Shown here one piece after another: positions 47,700 to 56,601 of a stretch of 61,674 nucleotides of DNA. The notes under the pieces were generated by a model. It made no database searches. It was not told the origin of the DNA and saw nothing but the letters and a program-made list of their open reading frames with translations. Every line of letters starts with the position of its first letter. Positions within the stretch are counted from its first letter, which is position 1. Source of the DNA: Actinomycetota bacterium (GTDB taxonomy: Bacteria; Actinomycetota; Acidimicrobiia; Acidimicrobiales; AC-35); NCBI GenBank assembly GCA_005884125.1, contig VAXP01000114.1, forward strand, positions 1-61,674, read 5' to 3'. A program made the translations under genes and the position numbers.

Positions 47700-48360
47700 C
47701 AAAGAGGAAGAAGCCCGAGCCTCGCCCAGGGAGAGGTGGCGGAGCTCGGGGCCGGCGCCGCGCCCGCCCTGGGCGCCGCCGCCCCCGCTGCCCCCGAACC
47801 GCCGGGCGAGCACCCCGCCGTTGTGGCTACGGTGCCCGCGGCGTCGGCGGGGGGCGGCTGGCCCGTGGCCGAGGACGCGCCCTGCTGGGCCTGCTGCAGC
47901 CCGCCCACCGCGGTGGCCACCACAGGCACCGGCAGGTTGGCGTCTGGCGCGCACTTCGGTCCCTGCGACGGCGGCGGAGGTGGGGGAGGCGGGGGCTGGT
48001 CGGCGTTGCTGGGTGGCGCGGCGTCAGATCCGGGCGTGTAAGGCGGCGCGGACCCGGAGTCCGTCGCGGCCGGGGTTGCCGGCCCCGCCGGGCCCGACGC
48101 GGCGAGGGCCGCGCCCGAATCGGCCGCCGGTGTGGCCGGGCCGCCGGGGCCACGGGTGGAGGGGCTGCCGCCGCCTGGGGCGCGGCCGCGGCCAGGCGAG
48201 GGGCGCGGGCCGAGCTCGACGTCCGGTCCAGAGGCTGGAGCACGCCGAGGACGACGACCCAGGCCGCGCCCAGGGCGTAGAGGGCCCGGTAGCGGCGGAC
48301 GTGGACGATCAGGTGGAACAGGGGCTGGCCCAGGAGGCCGTCGCCCAGGGCTCCCTCCAT
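47696..48360 (-). CDS. small membrane-anchored low-complexity protein, apparently frameshifted
   Basis: ATG 48360 opens MEGALGDGLLGQPLFHLIVHVRRYRALYALGAAWVVVLGVL, an anchor paralogous to that of the binding protein at 55587. That frame then turns Arg-rich. The -1 frame is open throughout and reads ...PATPAADSGAALAASGPAGPATPAATDSGSAPPYTPGSDAAPPSNADQPPPPPPPPPSQGPKCAPDANLPVPVVATAVGG...LPLW*, with its TGA overlapping the next gene's GTG. Confidence 0.45.
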
Positions 48361-48512
48361 GGTGGCCGGGGGCGTCGTGGCCCCGGCGCCGGCGGCGGCC
48401 GCAGCTTCGGTCCCGGCGCGGGCCGGGGCTGCCCCGGCCTGGGAGCCCGCGGGCTGGGCCACCCGCTCCCGCCGGCGCCAGCGGGGGACCGCGAAGGGGC
48501 CGGAGGTGGCGC

Positions 48513-51500
48513 TCACCGTTTCGCCCCTACCGGGCTGCGCCCGGGCAGGACGTCCCGCTCGTCCCTGGTGCCCAGGTAGGACTCCACCACGGTCGGGTGG
48601 TGGAGGACCTCCTGTGGGAGCCCGTGGGTGACCACCGAACCCCGGTCGAGCGCGACCAGGTGGTCGGCCAACCCGGTGATGAGGGGCATGTCGTGCTCGA
48701 TGACAAGCATGCTGCACCCGAGGTGGCGCTGCACCTGGCGGAGCAACGGTCCGAGGGCCTCGGTCTCCTTCTGGGCTATACCCGATGAGGGCTCGTCCAG
48801 TAACAACACCGACGGGCGATGGGCGAGGATGGCGGCGATCTCGACCATGCGCCTGGAGCCCGTGGACAGCTCGGAGACGAACTTGTCCCGGAAGGCTCGC
48901 AGCCCGAGCAGCCGCAGGACCTCCTCCACCCGTCGGTTGAGATCGTCCTCCGACATGGTCACCGCCGGGAGGTGGAAGAGGGCGGCCACCGCGCTGGGCG
49001 TCTCGATGGAGCGCTCGAAGGCCACGGCGATGGCCTCCCGCACCGTGAGCGAGGGCCAGAGGCGGGCGTCCTGGAAGGAGCGCCCCACCCCCGCCGCGGC
49101 CCGCTCGGACGCGTTCCTGCGGGACAGGTCGGCGCCGTTGACGATCACCCGGCCTCCGTCGGCGGGCGTGAATCCGCACACCAGGTCGAAGATGGTGGTC
49201 TTGCCCGCGCCGTTGGGTCCGATGAGGCCCAGGATCTCCCCCTGGTGGAGGGCGAGGTCGACGTCGCTCACCGCGGCGATGCCGCCGTAGCGCTTGGTGA
49301 GGCCGTGGGTCTCCAATACGACCGGGCCTTCCAGGATGGCGGCGCGCCGGGCCTGGTCCTCCAGGTCCGACTTCGTGGGCTTGGCCGGTGTGCGCCGGCG
49401 TCGAGAGGAGGCCGTCTCCACGGCCTTGGTCTGCGCCCCCCGCACGGCGCCGTCCCTGTCACCGGCGCCGCTGCCGTTGCCGTGCCCGTTGGCCGAGGCC
49501 GCGCCCTGCAGGAACACGGCACGCAGCACGTCGGGGCGGTCGAGCAGCTCCGAGGTCAGGCCGCTGAAGCGGATCTCTCCCTTCTCCATGAACAGGGCTC
49601 GCTTGGCCAGGCGCAGGGCCAGGTTGACCGACTGCTCGACCAGGATCACGGTGGTGCCGTTGTCGTGGATGGCTTCCACGATGCCCAGCAGCCGCTCCAC
49701 GACCGTGGGCGCCAGGCCCAGGGACAGCTCGTCGATGAGCAGCAGCCGGGGCCGGGCGATGAAGGCCTGCCCCAGGCTCAGCATCTGTTGCTCCCCGCCC
49801 GACAGGTTGCCCGCGGGCGTGTCCCACCGGTCCCGGAGGATGGGGAAGTACTCGAGGACGCGCTCGGTTGCCTCCCGCAGGCGGGGCCGGTCCTTGCGGT
49901 ACATCCACCCCGCGGCCCGCATGTTCTCCCCGACCGTGAGGGTGGGGAACACGCCCCGACCACCGGGTACCTGCACGATCCCGAGCCCCGATGTCTGCCT
50001 GGCGTCGGCGTGGGTGATGTCGCGGCCCTCGAAGAAGATGGAGCCGCCGATGGGATCGACCAGTCCGCTGATGCCCTTGAGGAGGGTCGACTTCCCCGCG
50101 CCGTTGGTCCCGAGGAGGGCCAGGATCTCTCCCTTCTGCACGTCGAAGCTGACGTCGAAGAGAACCTGCACCCGGTCGTAGGCCATGTCGACGCCCCTGC
50201 AGGCGAGCAGGGCGTCGGTGTCGGCGCTGGCCTTGGCCTTCACGGCCTGGTCGATGTCCCGGCCCACGAAGGCACGCACCGTCGTCTCGATGGCGCCGCC
50301 CAAGGTCACCAACAAGCCCAGGACGAAGACCGCGACCCGCTCGCCGTGGGCGTCGCCGATGGAACCCACGATCGGCGTCCACAGCAGAGCGCCCCCCGCG
50401 TACCAGAGCAGCGACCAGGCGAAGGCCTGGGAGCGCAGGCGCGGGGGGGCGACCAGGGCCACCATGGTCTGGTAGGCCGGCAGGAAGCCGATGATGCCCA
50501 TGGCCAGGAAGCAGACGGCGGCGATGGAGACCGGCTGCCAGGGCGCCGCGGCCATGGCCAGCATGCCGATGCCCGAGGAGATGACCAGCCCCCCGTTGAC
50601 GATGGGGAGCAGCTCGGGGCGCTGGCGGCGGACGCTGGACTGGGCCCAGTACCCGCCGAGGAGGATCCCCGCCAGGCTGAAGACGTTGTAGACCGCGGTG
50701 ATGTTGCCCCGACCCACCGAGCCCAGGTGGTAGACGTCCTTGAAGAACAGGCTCAGGTAGGTCACGAAGGGAAGGGTCCCGGCGCCGAAGAAGAAGGCGG
50801 CCACCCAGGTACGGCGCAGGGACCGGATGGCCCTCACCCGCCGGTAACCCTCGCCCATGCTGGCCCGCTCCTCGTCGGGCACGGTGACCGCCAGTGAGGC
50901 TCCGCGGGCCGGGTCGCGCAGTCGGAGGAGGACGGCGACCAGCAGGAGGGTGGGGATGGCGAGGATGACGAAGGTCGGGCGCCAGCCGATGGCCGCGCCC
51001 AACGCCCCGGCGAGCACGCCCGCGACCGCCTGGGCACCGGTGCTGCCCAGGCGGTAGACGGCGAAGACGCCCGACAGGCCCTCGGGCGGGTAGTAGTCCG
51101 ACAGCAAGCTGGCGTGTACGGGTTCGTTGACGAGCTGGCCCACGCCGCCGGCCAGGCGGGCCACGATGAGGATGGCCAGGGCCGGGGCCAGGCCGGTGAA
51201 GATGGCCGTCACCCCCCACACCACGGCGCCTACGGCCGACAGCCGGATGCGGTTGAATCGGTCTCCTCCGTAGCCGACGGGCACCGCCAGCAGGATGGGG
51301 AGCACCAGGCTGAAGGTGGCGATGGTCGTGAACCCGCCGTTGGAGAGGTGGAAGGTGTCGCGGATCTCCGGGCCGAGGACGGCGAAGGCGGTGGCGTCGA
51401 AGCGCTCCACGGCGCTGAGGGCGGCCAGCACGACGAGCGGGACCCAGCCGACGGGGCCCAGCAAGCCCGACATCTGACGAATGCCGTTCAGGGGTGAGCG

Positions 51501-51524
51501 GGCGTAACGGGCCCGGTCAGCCAT
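48513..51524 (-). CDS. triple-fusion protein: MFS-type 12-TM domain + LivF-like ATPase + LivG-like ATPase
   Basis: 1003-aa ORF. Residues 1 to about 430 are MFS-like (GYGGDRFNR, ASLLSDYYP; similar to the stand-alone MFS at 38600..40060). Residues about 440-680 form an ABC ATPase (GTNGAGKST, LSGGEQQ, LLLIDELSLGL). Residues about 745-1003 form a second ABC ATPase (GPNGAGKTT, LSTGSRR, LLLLDEPSSG). The start overlaps the permease stop by 8 nt. Confidence 0.9.
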   Translation of the reverse strand: MADRARYARSPLNGIRQMSGLLGPVGWVPLVVLAALSAVERFDATAFAVLGPEIRDTFHLSNGGFTTIATFSLVLPILLAVPVGYGGDRFNRIRLSAVGAVVWGVTAIFTGLAPALAILIVARLAGGVGQLVNEPVHASLLSDYYPPEGLSGVFAVYRLGSTGAQAVAGVLAGALGAAIGWRPTFVILAIPTLLLVAVLLRLRDPARGASLAVTVPDEERASMGEGYRRVRAIRSLRRTWVAAFFFGAGTLPFVTYLSLFFKDVYHLGSVGRGNITAVYNVFSLAGILLGGYWAQSSVRRQRPELLPIVNGGLVISSGIGMLAMAAAPWQPVSIAAVCFLAMGIIGFLPAYQTMVALVAPPRLRSQAFAWSLLWYAGGALLWTPIVGSIGDAHGERVAVFVLGLLVTLGGAIETTVRAFVGRDIDQAVKAKASADTDALLACRGVDMAYDRVQVLFDVSFDVQKGEILALLGTNGAGKSTLLKGISGLVDPIGGSIFFEGRDITHADARQTSGLGIVQVPGGRGVFPTLTVGENMRAAGWMYRKDRPRLREATERVLEYFPILRDRWDTPAGNLSGGEQQMLSLGQAFIARPRLLLIDELSLGLAPTVVERLLGIVEAIHDNGTTVILVEQSVNLALRLAKRALFMEKGEIRFSGLTSELLDRPDVLRAVFLQGAASANGHGNGSGAGDRDGAVRGAQTKAVETASSRRRRTPAKPTKSDLEDQARRAAILEGPVVLETHGLTKRYGGIAAVSDVDLALHQGEILGLIGPNGAGKTTIFDLVCGFTPADGGRVIVNGADLSRRNASERAAAGVGRSFQDARLWPSLTVREAIAVAFERSIETPSAVAALFHLPAVTMSEDDLNRRVEEVLRLLGLRAFRDKFVSELSTGSRRMVEIAAILAHRPSVLLLDEPSSGIAQKETEALGPLLRQVQRHLGCSMLVIEHDMPLITGLADHLVALDRGSVVTHGLPQEVLHHPTVVESYLGTRDERDVLPGRSPVGAKR

Positions 51525-53739
51525 CGACGGCTCCGCTCGTCACCGGCACGCCCACCGCGCCCGCGGGGCGGGGGACGCCGACGAGCTCGCCGTCGCCGCC
51601 GGTGATCTCCCCGGTGGGCCGGCGGACGAGCCCGGCCAGGGCGAGGTCCAGGGCGACGGGCGCCTCCTCCGTCTCGACGCGGACGTCGGCGACCAGGCTG
51701 GGAACGACCAGGCCCCGCCGGTTGGCGACCCACCGCAGGGCGCCGTCCCGGATGACGTAGAGGAACCCACCCAGGCCCTCAGGCAGAACGAGCAGCAGGC
51801 CCACGATGCCGGCGCCGCTGGCGATCGTCGCCCAGCCGCCCCGCAGGAAGAACTCCGCGCCCTTGATGAAGGTGGCGCCCAGGATCGCCCCGGGCAGGGA
51901 GCTCAGGCCGCCGATCACGACCATGGAGAAGAGGCGCAGGCTGATGTCGGGGCTGAAGGCGTCGGACTTGAAGGCGGTCTGGTGCAGCACGTACAGGGCC
52001 CCGGCCGCCCCGGCGATGGCGCCGGAGATGGCGAAGGCTGTGAGCTTGGCCTTGGTGGTGTTGATCGACATGGCCTGGGTGCCCGGCACGTTGTCGCGCG
52101 TGGCGATCAGCACACGCCCCGTCCTGCTGTTGCGCAGCGACCGGGCCGCCATCATCACCAGCACCAGCGCCCCCAGGCACACGAAGTACATGCCGCGGTC
52201 GCTGCCGAAGGCGATGCGGTCCCACAGCGAGGGACGGGGCACGAAGTCGGGCACGAACCAGGGAACGAAGCGGTGGCGCAGGAAGAAGCTCGAGGAGGTC
52301 ACGGCGAAGGCCAGGGTCGTCACGGCCAGGAACGGACCCGAGATGCGCAGGGCGGGCAGGCCGATGAGGAAGGCGGCCCCCGCCGCGACCAGAGCCCCCG
52401 CGGGGACGGCCAGGAAGAGGTCCCAGCCGTGGGCCACCAGCAGCGTCCCGGTGGCCGCCCCGCCGAAGCCGACCAGGGCCCAGTGGCCCAGCGAGAGGTG
52501 CCCGGCCCAGCCCGTCAGCACCACCAGGGAGACCGCCACCATGCCGTAGATGAGGATGAGGGCGGCCAGCTGGGAGCGGGCGGGCGAGGCGACGAAGGGG
52601 AAGGCGAGCACGCCGACGAGCAGCAGGGCGCGCAGGACCAGGAGCCCGGTGCGCACCTCGGGGAGGGTGCGCAGCTCCGCCGGGATGGGCCTGACCTCCT
52701 TGAGGGCGCGCCAAGTCCCCACCCCGGACTCCACGGCCCGGTTGAAGCGCTCCCGCTTGACCAGCAGGGCGGCCAGGATGACCAAGAGCAGGAGGGCGTC
52801 GACGTAGGTGCTGTTGGAGAAGGTCCAGGCGCCCAGGGACTGCACGACGCCCAGCCCCACGGCGGCCACGGCGGTGAGTGCCAGGCTGGTCATGGCCCCT
52901 ATCACCGCCGCCGTCAGCACGTAGAGAAGGAGCGTGTAGCCGCCTGAGCTGACGCTGGTGAAAGAGGCGAAGCCCAGCAGGGGGACGCGGAGGAGGATGG
53001 CCAGGGCGGAGAGGAAGCCGCCGATGGCCCACACGAGCGTGGACAGGCCCCGCACGGGGATGCCGAGGAGTCGGGCCCGGTCCCCGTTCTCGGCCGCGGC
53101 CCGGATGGCTACGCCGTAGTCGGTGAAGCGCAGGAAGGCGGTCAGGGCGAGCAGCACGACGGGCACCACGACCAGGGCCAGCACCGCGTTGCCGTCGAAC
53201 ACGACCGGGTAGAGCTGGAAGTGGGCGCTGAAAGGCGTCGTGAACTGGGCCGCCTTCAGGGCGCCGTTCCACTCCACCGGGATCTGCACCGAGAAGCCGT
53301 TGAGCACCTGGGCCAGTCCGATGGTGGCCACGGCCACGATGAGGCGGGGCGCGCCGCCGAAGCGCCGGATGATCAGGATCTCGATGAGGCCGCCGAGCAC
53401 GACGGCCATGACGAGCCCGGCGGCGATGGCGAGGAAGTAGTTCCATCCCAGTCGCAGGCGGAACTCGATGGCCAGCACGGCGGCGACGCCACCGAGCTCG
53501 GCCTGGGCGAAGTTGATGACCCGGTTGGCCCGGTAGATGAGCACGAGGCCCAGGGCCACGAGCGCGTAGAGGGAGCCGAACATGGCACCCTGCAGCACGA
53601 TGCCCAGGGGGAGGCCCCGGGGGAGGACGTGGTCTCCCAGGACCCAGACGACGACGGCGATGGCGGCTCCCAGGGCCGCCCGTCCCGGCGCTCCCAGGCT
53701 GAGGGAGAGCCCCTTGTCGCGCTCAGCCGCGGTCTTCAC
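51517..53739 (-). CDS. fused LivH-LivM branched-chain-amino-acid-type ABC permease
   Basis: 740-aa ORF with two permease halves (GAMFGSLYALVALGLVLIYRANRVINFAQAE... and ...HLSLGHWALVGFGGA...). About 18-20 TM helices. Confidence 0.9.
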   Translation of the reverse strand: MKTAAERDKGLSLSLGAPGRAALGAAIAVVVWVLGDHVLPRGLPLGIVLQGAMFGSLYALVALGLVLIYRANRVINFAQAELGGVAAVLAIEFRLRLGWNYFLAIAAGLVMAVVLGGLIEILIIRRFGGAPRLIVAVATIGLAQVLNGFSVQIPVEWNGALKAAQFTTPFSAHFQLYPVVFDGNAVLALVVVPVVLLALTAFLRFTDYGVAIRAAAENGDRARLLGIPVRGLSTLVWAIGGFLSALAILLRVPLLGFASFTSVSSGGYTLLLYVLTAAVIGAMTSLALTAVAAVGLGVVQSLGAWTFSNSTYVDALLLLVILAALLVKRERFNRAVESGVGTWRALKEVRPIPAELRTLPEVRTGLLVLRALLLVGVLAFPFVASPARSQLAALILIYGMVAVSLVVLTGWAGHLSLGHWALVGFGGAATGTLLVAHGWDLFLAVPAGALVAAGAAFLIGLPALRISGPFLAVTTLAFAVTSSSFFLRHRFVPWFVPDFVPRPSLWDRIAFGSDRGMYFVCLGALVLVMMAARSLRNSRTGRVLIATRDNVPGTQAMSINTTKAKLTAFAISGAIAGAAGALYVLHQTAFKSDAFSPDISLRLFSMVVIGGLSSLPGAILGATFIKGAEFFLRGGWATIASGAGIVGLLLVLPEGLGGFLYVIRDGALRWVANRRGLVVPSLVADVRVETEEAPVALDLALAGLVRRPTGEITGGDGELVGVPRPAGAVGVPVTSGAVDG

Positions 53740-53743
53740 GGCG

Positions 53744-55587
53744 TCACTCGGGCTTGATGGGCGGCTCGTCGTTGTTCCACTGGCCCGACTGGAAGCGCTG
53801 ACCGCCGTAGGTGGCGATGTAGTTGCCGGCCTTGCCGTCCACCGCGATCGCCTTGGAGTCCCAGAAGACCTCCTTGGAGTCGATGATGGCGGTGTGCTCG
53901 TGGGCGAAGGACCAGGTGCCGAACGGAGCCGTCGGGCCGCCGGCCGTGGGCAGGGCCCTGCTCCCCGACGCCAGGTTCGTGATGTTCAGGGTGGGACCGC
54001 CCGCCTGCAGCTGGTTGTACATGGAGATGAGCTGGGCGTAGATGGCGTAGCCGCCCAGGGGGAGGTCCTTGCCGCTGGCCGCCTTGTAGGCGGTGTTGGC
54101 CTCGCCGGCCTTGGCGTTGGCCGCGGCCTCGTCACCCAGCTGGCTCATGCCGAAGACGTGGCCGTCGGACTGGTCCTGGGCCCCGCTCTCCCACAGCCGG
54201 GCGAAGGAGTCGCTGTCCTGCAGGGCCACGCCTATGTCGAGCCACTCGGGGTGGTACTGCTGGTTGTCGGCCTGCTGCATCAGGAACAGGCTCGAGTAGG
54301 GGTCGCAGGCCATGATGATCGTGGTGGCCCCCGCGGCGTGGAACTGGACAATCCCCTTGGCCGCCTCGCTCGGGAACTGGGAGACGTCGAGCGTGTAGTT
54401 GTACCGGGACGTTATGGGCACGTGGTAGATGGTCTTAAGGTCGGTCTCGGAGATGTTCACGCAGCGCTGGTAGCCGTCGTTGTTGGGGACGTAGGTGGCG
54501 AACTTGCGGTTCGCCACCTTGTAGGTCGCGTCGCCCGCCCACTTGGCGGGGCGGTTGGCCAGGCGCTTGCCGATGTATTCGGCCACGTCGTGGGCGATGC
54601 GCTCGCACTGAGGTGCGTTCCGGCCCAGACGTAGGGGTCCCAGCGCTGGTACCACAGCTCGGGGAAGTAGGGGGCTCCGAGGGGCAGGTACAGCCCGTAG
54701 CGCTTGGCGCACTCGGCGAAGGGCTGGCTCACGTACATGGAGTTGCTGGCAGGCAGCTCGATGACGCCGAAGGCCTTTACCGAGCTGGCGATGGCATCGG
54801 CGTCGGCGCACGCCGCGTCTTGGCCCTGGCTCTGAGCCTCCGAGGTGCCGTTGCCCTGGCCGTTGAAGTCGACCAGCTTCACCTGGCGGCCGAAGAGCTC
54901 GAAGTTCTTGTTGAAGTAGGGCACCAGGGCGTCGAGGATCTGGCGCTGCTCGGCGTTACTGGGGTTGCCCGCCTGCTGGTTGAGCTTGTCCAGGGCCTGG
55001 GCGTTGGGGCCGCTGGCGTCCGACGTGGCGCGCACGGCGATGGTGATGGTGTCTCCGGTGATGCCACGGACGCCGTTGGACCCGCCGTTGTTGCCGCTGT
55101 AGGCGGCCACGCACGGGGCGGCGTACTGCGAGAACTGGAGCTGACGCACGCCGGGCTTGCAGGCGACGCCGGCGCGCGTCGTGCCCGTCCCGACCGCGGC
55201 GGGGGCGACGGGGCCGCCCGACGTGCTGGCCGCCGGACCGCGGGCCCCCGCCGCCACGGCCCCGGCGCCGGCCGCGGCTCCCCCGCCGCCGGCCGCGGCC
55301 GCTGTCCCGCCCGCCCCGGCCGCGGGGCCAGCGGCCGCCCCCGCTCCGCTGTTGTCGGCCCCACCCACGCCGGCCACGGCCGAGCCGCCTCCCTTGTCGC
55401 TCGAGACCGAGGAGCTGCCGTGGTGCTCGAGGGTGGGCAGAAGGGCGATCATGACCGCCCAGATGGTCCCGAACACGTAGAGCGGCATGTAGCGGCGCAC
55501 ATGGAAGGTGGCCTTGAGAGCCGACCGCGAGACCGGGTCGGGCTGGTTGTCCAGAAGCTCCCGCTCCTGTTCCCGAGTGGTCAGCAT
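53744..55587 (-). CDS. membrane-anchored LivJ-type substrate-binding protein, reading frame broken by one frameshift near 54619
   Basis: Track ORF 54457..55587 holds the TM anchor, a Gly/Ala linker and the N-lobe up to ...PELWYQRWDPYVWAG. Track ORF 53744..54811 holds the rest, from ...NAPQCERIAHDVAEYIGKRL onward. The two overlap and are related by a -1 frame change. Confidence 0.75.
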
Positions 55588-55684
55588 GCTTCCCCCAAAG
55601 ACGGTCGAGAAGGTCGAAGCCCGCTGTCTCTAGTTCAACGGCGGCAGGTGTGACTCCTGCCACAGCCCAGCGGCACCACCCTTG

Positions 55685-55702
55685 CTTGACCCACGGGTCA
55701 AG
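55685..55702. promoter_or_regulatory. perfect 8-2-8 palindrome CTTGACCC-AC-GGGTCAAG
   Basis: It lies immediately 3' of the SRPBCC gene stop (55703-55705) and about 100 nt upstream of the binding-protein start (55587). It could be an operator or a terminator stem. It contains TTGAC on both strands. Confidence 0.3.
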
Positions 55703-56152
55703 TCAAGTAGTCCTCTCCAGGAGCAGCTTCATGCGCGCCATCTCCTCCCGGGTGTCCTGCGCCAGCCAGCCGCGGGCATAGGGCTCGAGCGCCCACCGCC
55801 ACGGGGCCCGGAACGTGAAGCACTCCCGGTGGACCACCTCGGTGCCCTGGTCCAGGGGGCGGCAGGTGAAGGACCCGTCGAACCGGAAGACCCAAGGAGC
55901 CAGCCCCGTCTCGGCGCTGGTGAAGCGCAGGCGGGACCAGGGCTCGAGCTCGAAACGCAGCGTCACGGGGGGTCCGGGGAGCCCCCTCAGGTGCCCGCCG
56001 TGGCGCACCGTGCCCGTGTTGCCGGTCCGGTCCATGCTGCGGATGCGGCGGATCTTGGTGTCCACCTTGGCGTAGCTGGGGAGATCGAGCACGAACTCCA
56101 GGACGTCGCGGGGCGACCGCTCGATGACGGCCCGGCCCTCGCCGCAGATCAC
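55703..56152 (-). CDS. SRPBCC (START/polyketide-cyclase-like) ligand-binding protein
   Basis: 149-aa ORF. The size and pattern (IERSPRDVLEFVLDLPSYAKVD...) are typical of SRPBCC proteins. GTG start. Confidence 0.65.
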   Translation of the reverse strand: MICGEGRAVIERSPRDVLEFVLDLPSYAKVDTKIRRIRSMDRTGNTGTVRHGGHLRGLPGPPVTLRFELEPWSRLRFTSAETGLAPWVFRFDGSFTCRPLDQGTEVVHRECFTFRAPWRWALEPYARGWLAQDTREEMARMKLLLERTT

Positions 56153-56226
56153 CGGCCCGTCCTACTACGGCCAGAGGCACGATCCGCCCCGGGCCAGACG
56201 ACTCCGGCCGGCCCCGTCCGTACCGT

Positions 56227-56350
56227 CACCGCCCGGCTCACCACCGCCCGGCTCACCACCGCCCGGCTCACCACCGCCCGGCTCACCACCGCCCGGCTCA
56301 CCACCGCCCGGCTCACCACCGCCCGGCTCACCACCGCCCGGCCCACCACC
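56227..56350. repeat. 15-bp tandem repeat, 8 copies (CACCGCCCGGCTCAC; 7 perfect plus 1 variant, then a partial unit)
   Basis: Read directly from the sequence: units start at 56227, 56242, 56257, 56272, 56287, 56302, 56317 and 56332 (the last has T>C). It sits in the 450-bp divergent intergenic region between 56152 (-) and 56602 (+). Confidence 0.95.
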
Positions 56351-56601
56351 CCTTCTGGCCCTTACCGGGGCCATGACCTGGCCCGCGAACCTGTGGTGCG
56401 GGTCGGTCTACCTCGCCGTGGTCGGGACATCGGGCTTCGGGTGCTGGCCTGGCCGGGGGCGGACGTCATCGCCGGGGGCGATCGGGTGGATCTGGGCTGG
56501 TGAGGGCAACCGCGCGGGCCTGAGCGCCGCCCGGGCCCGATCACCGACCGGGCGACGCCCGTCCCTTATGCTGGCTGACCGGGTCTTCCCCGCAATCCCC
56601 G

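Noticed and set aside
45579-47954. A single 791-aa protein as given by the ORF track
   Set aside because: The first 85 codons or so and the segment between the second repeat copy and DegV are Arg-rich and look non-coding. A TM-anchored protein start (47699, coupled to the upstream stop) and a canonical DegV start (46469) are recognisable. I split it into two features and flagged the missing stop as a finding.
56227-56350. The tandem array considered as a CRISPR
   Set aside because: The units are directly adjacent with no spacers, the unit is only 15 bp, and no cas genes are in the window.
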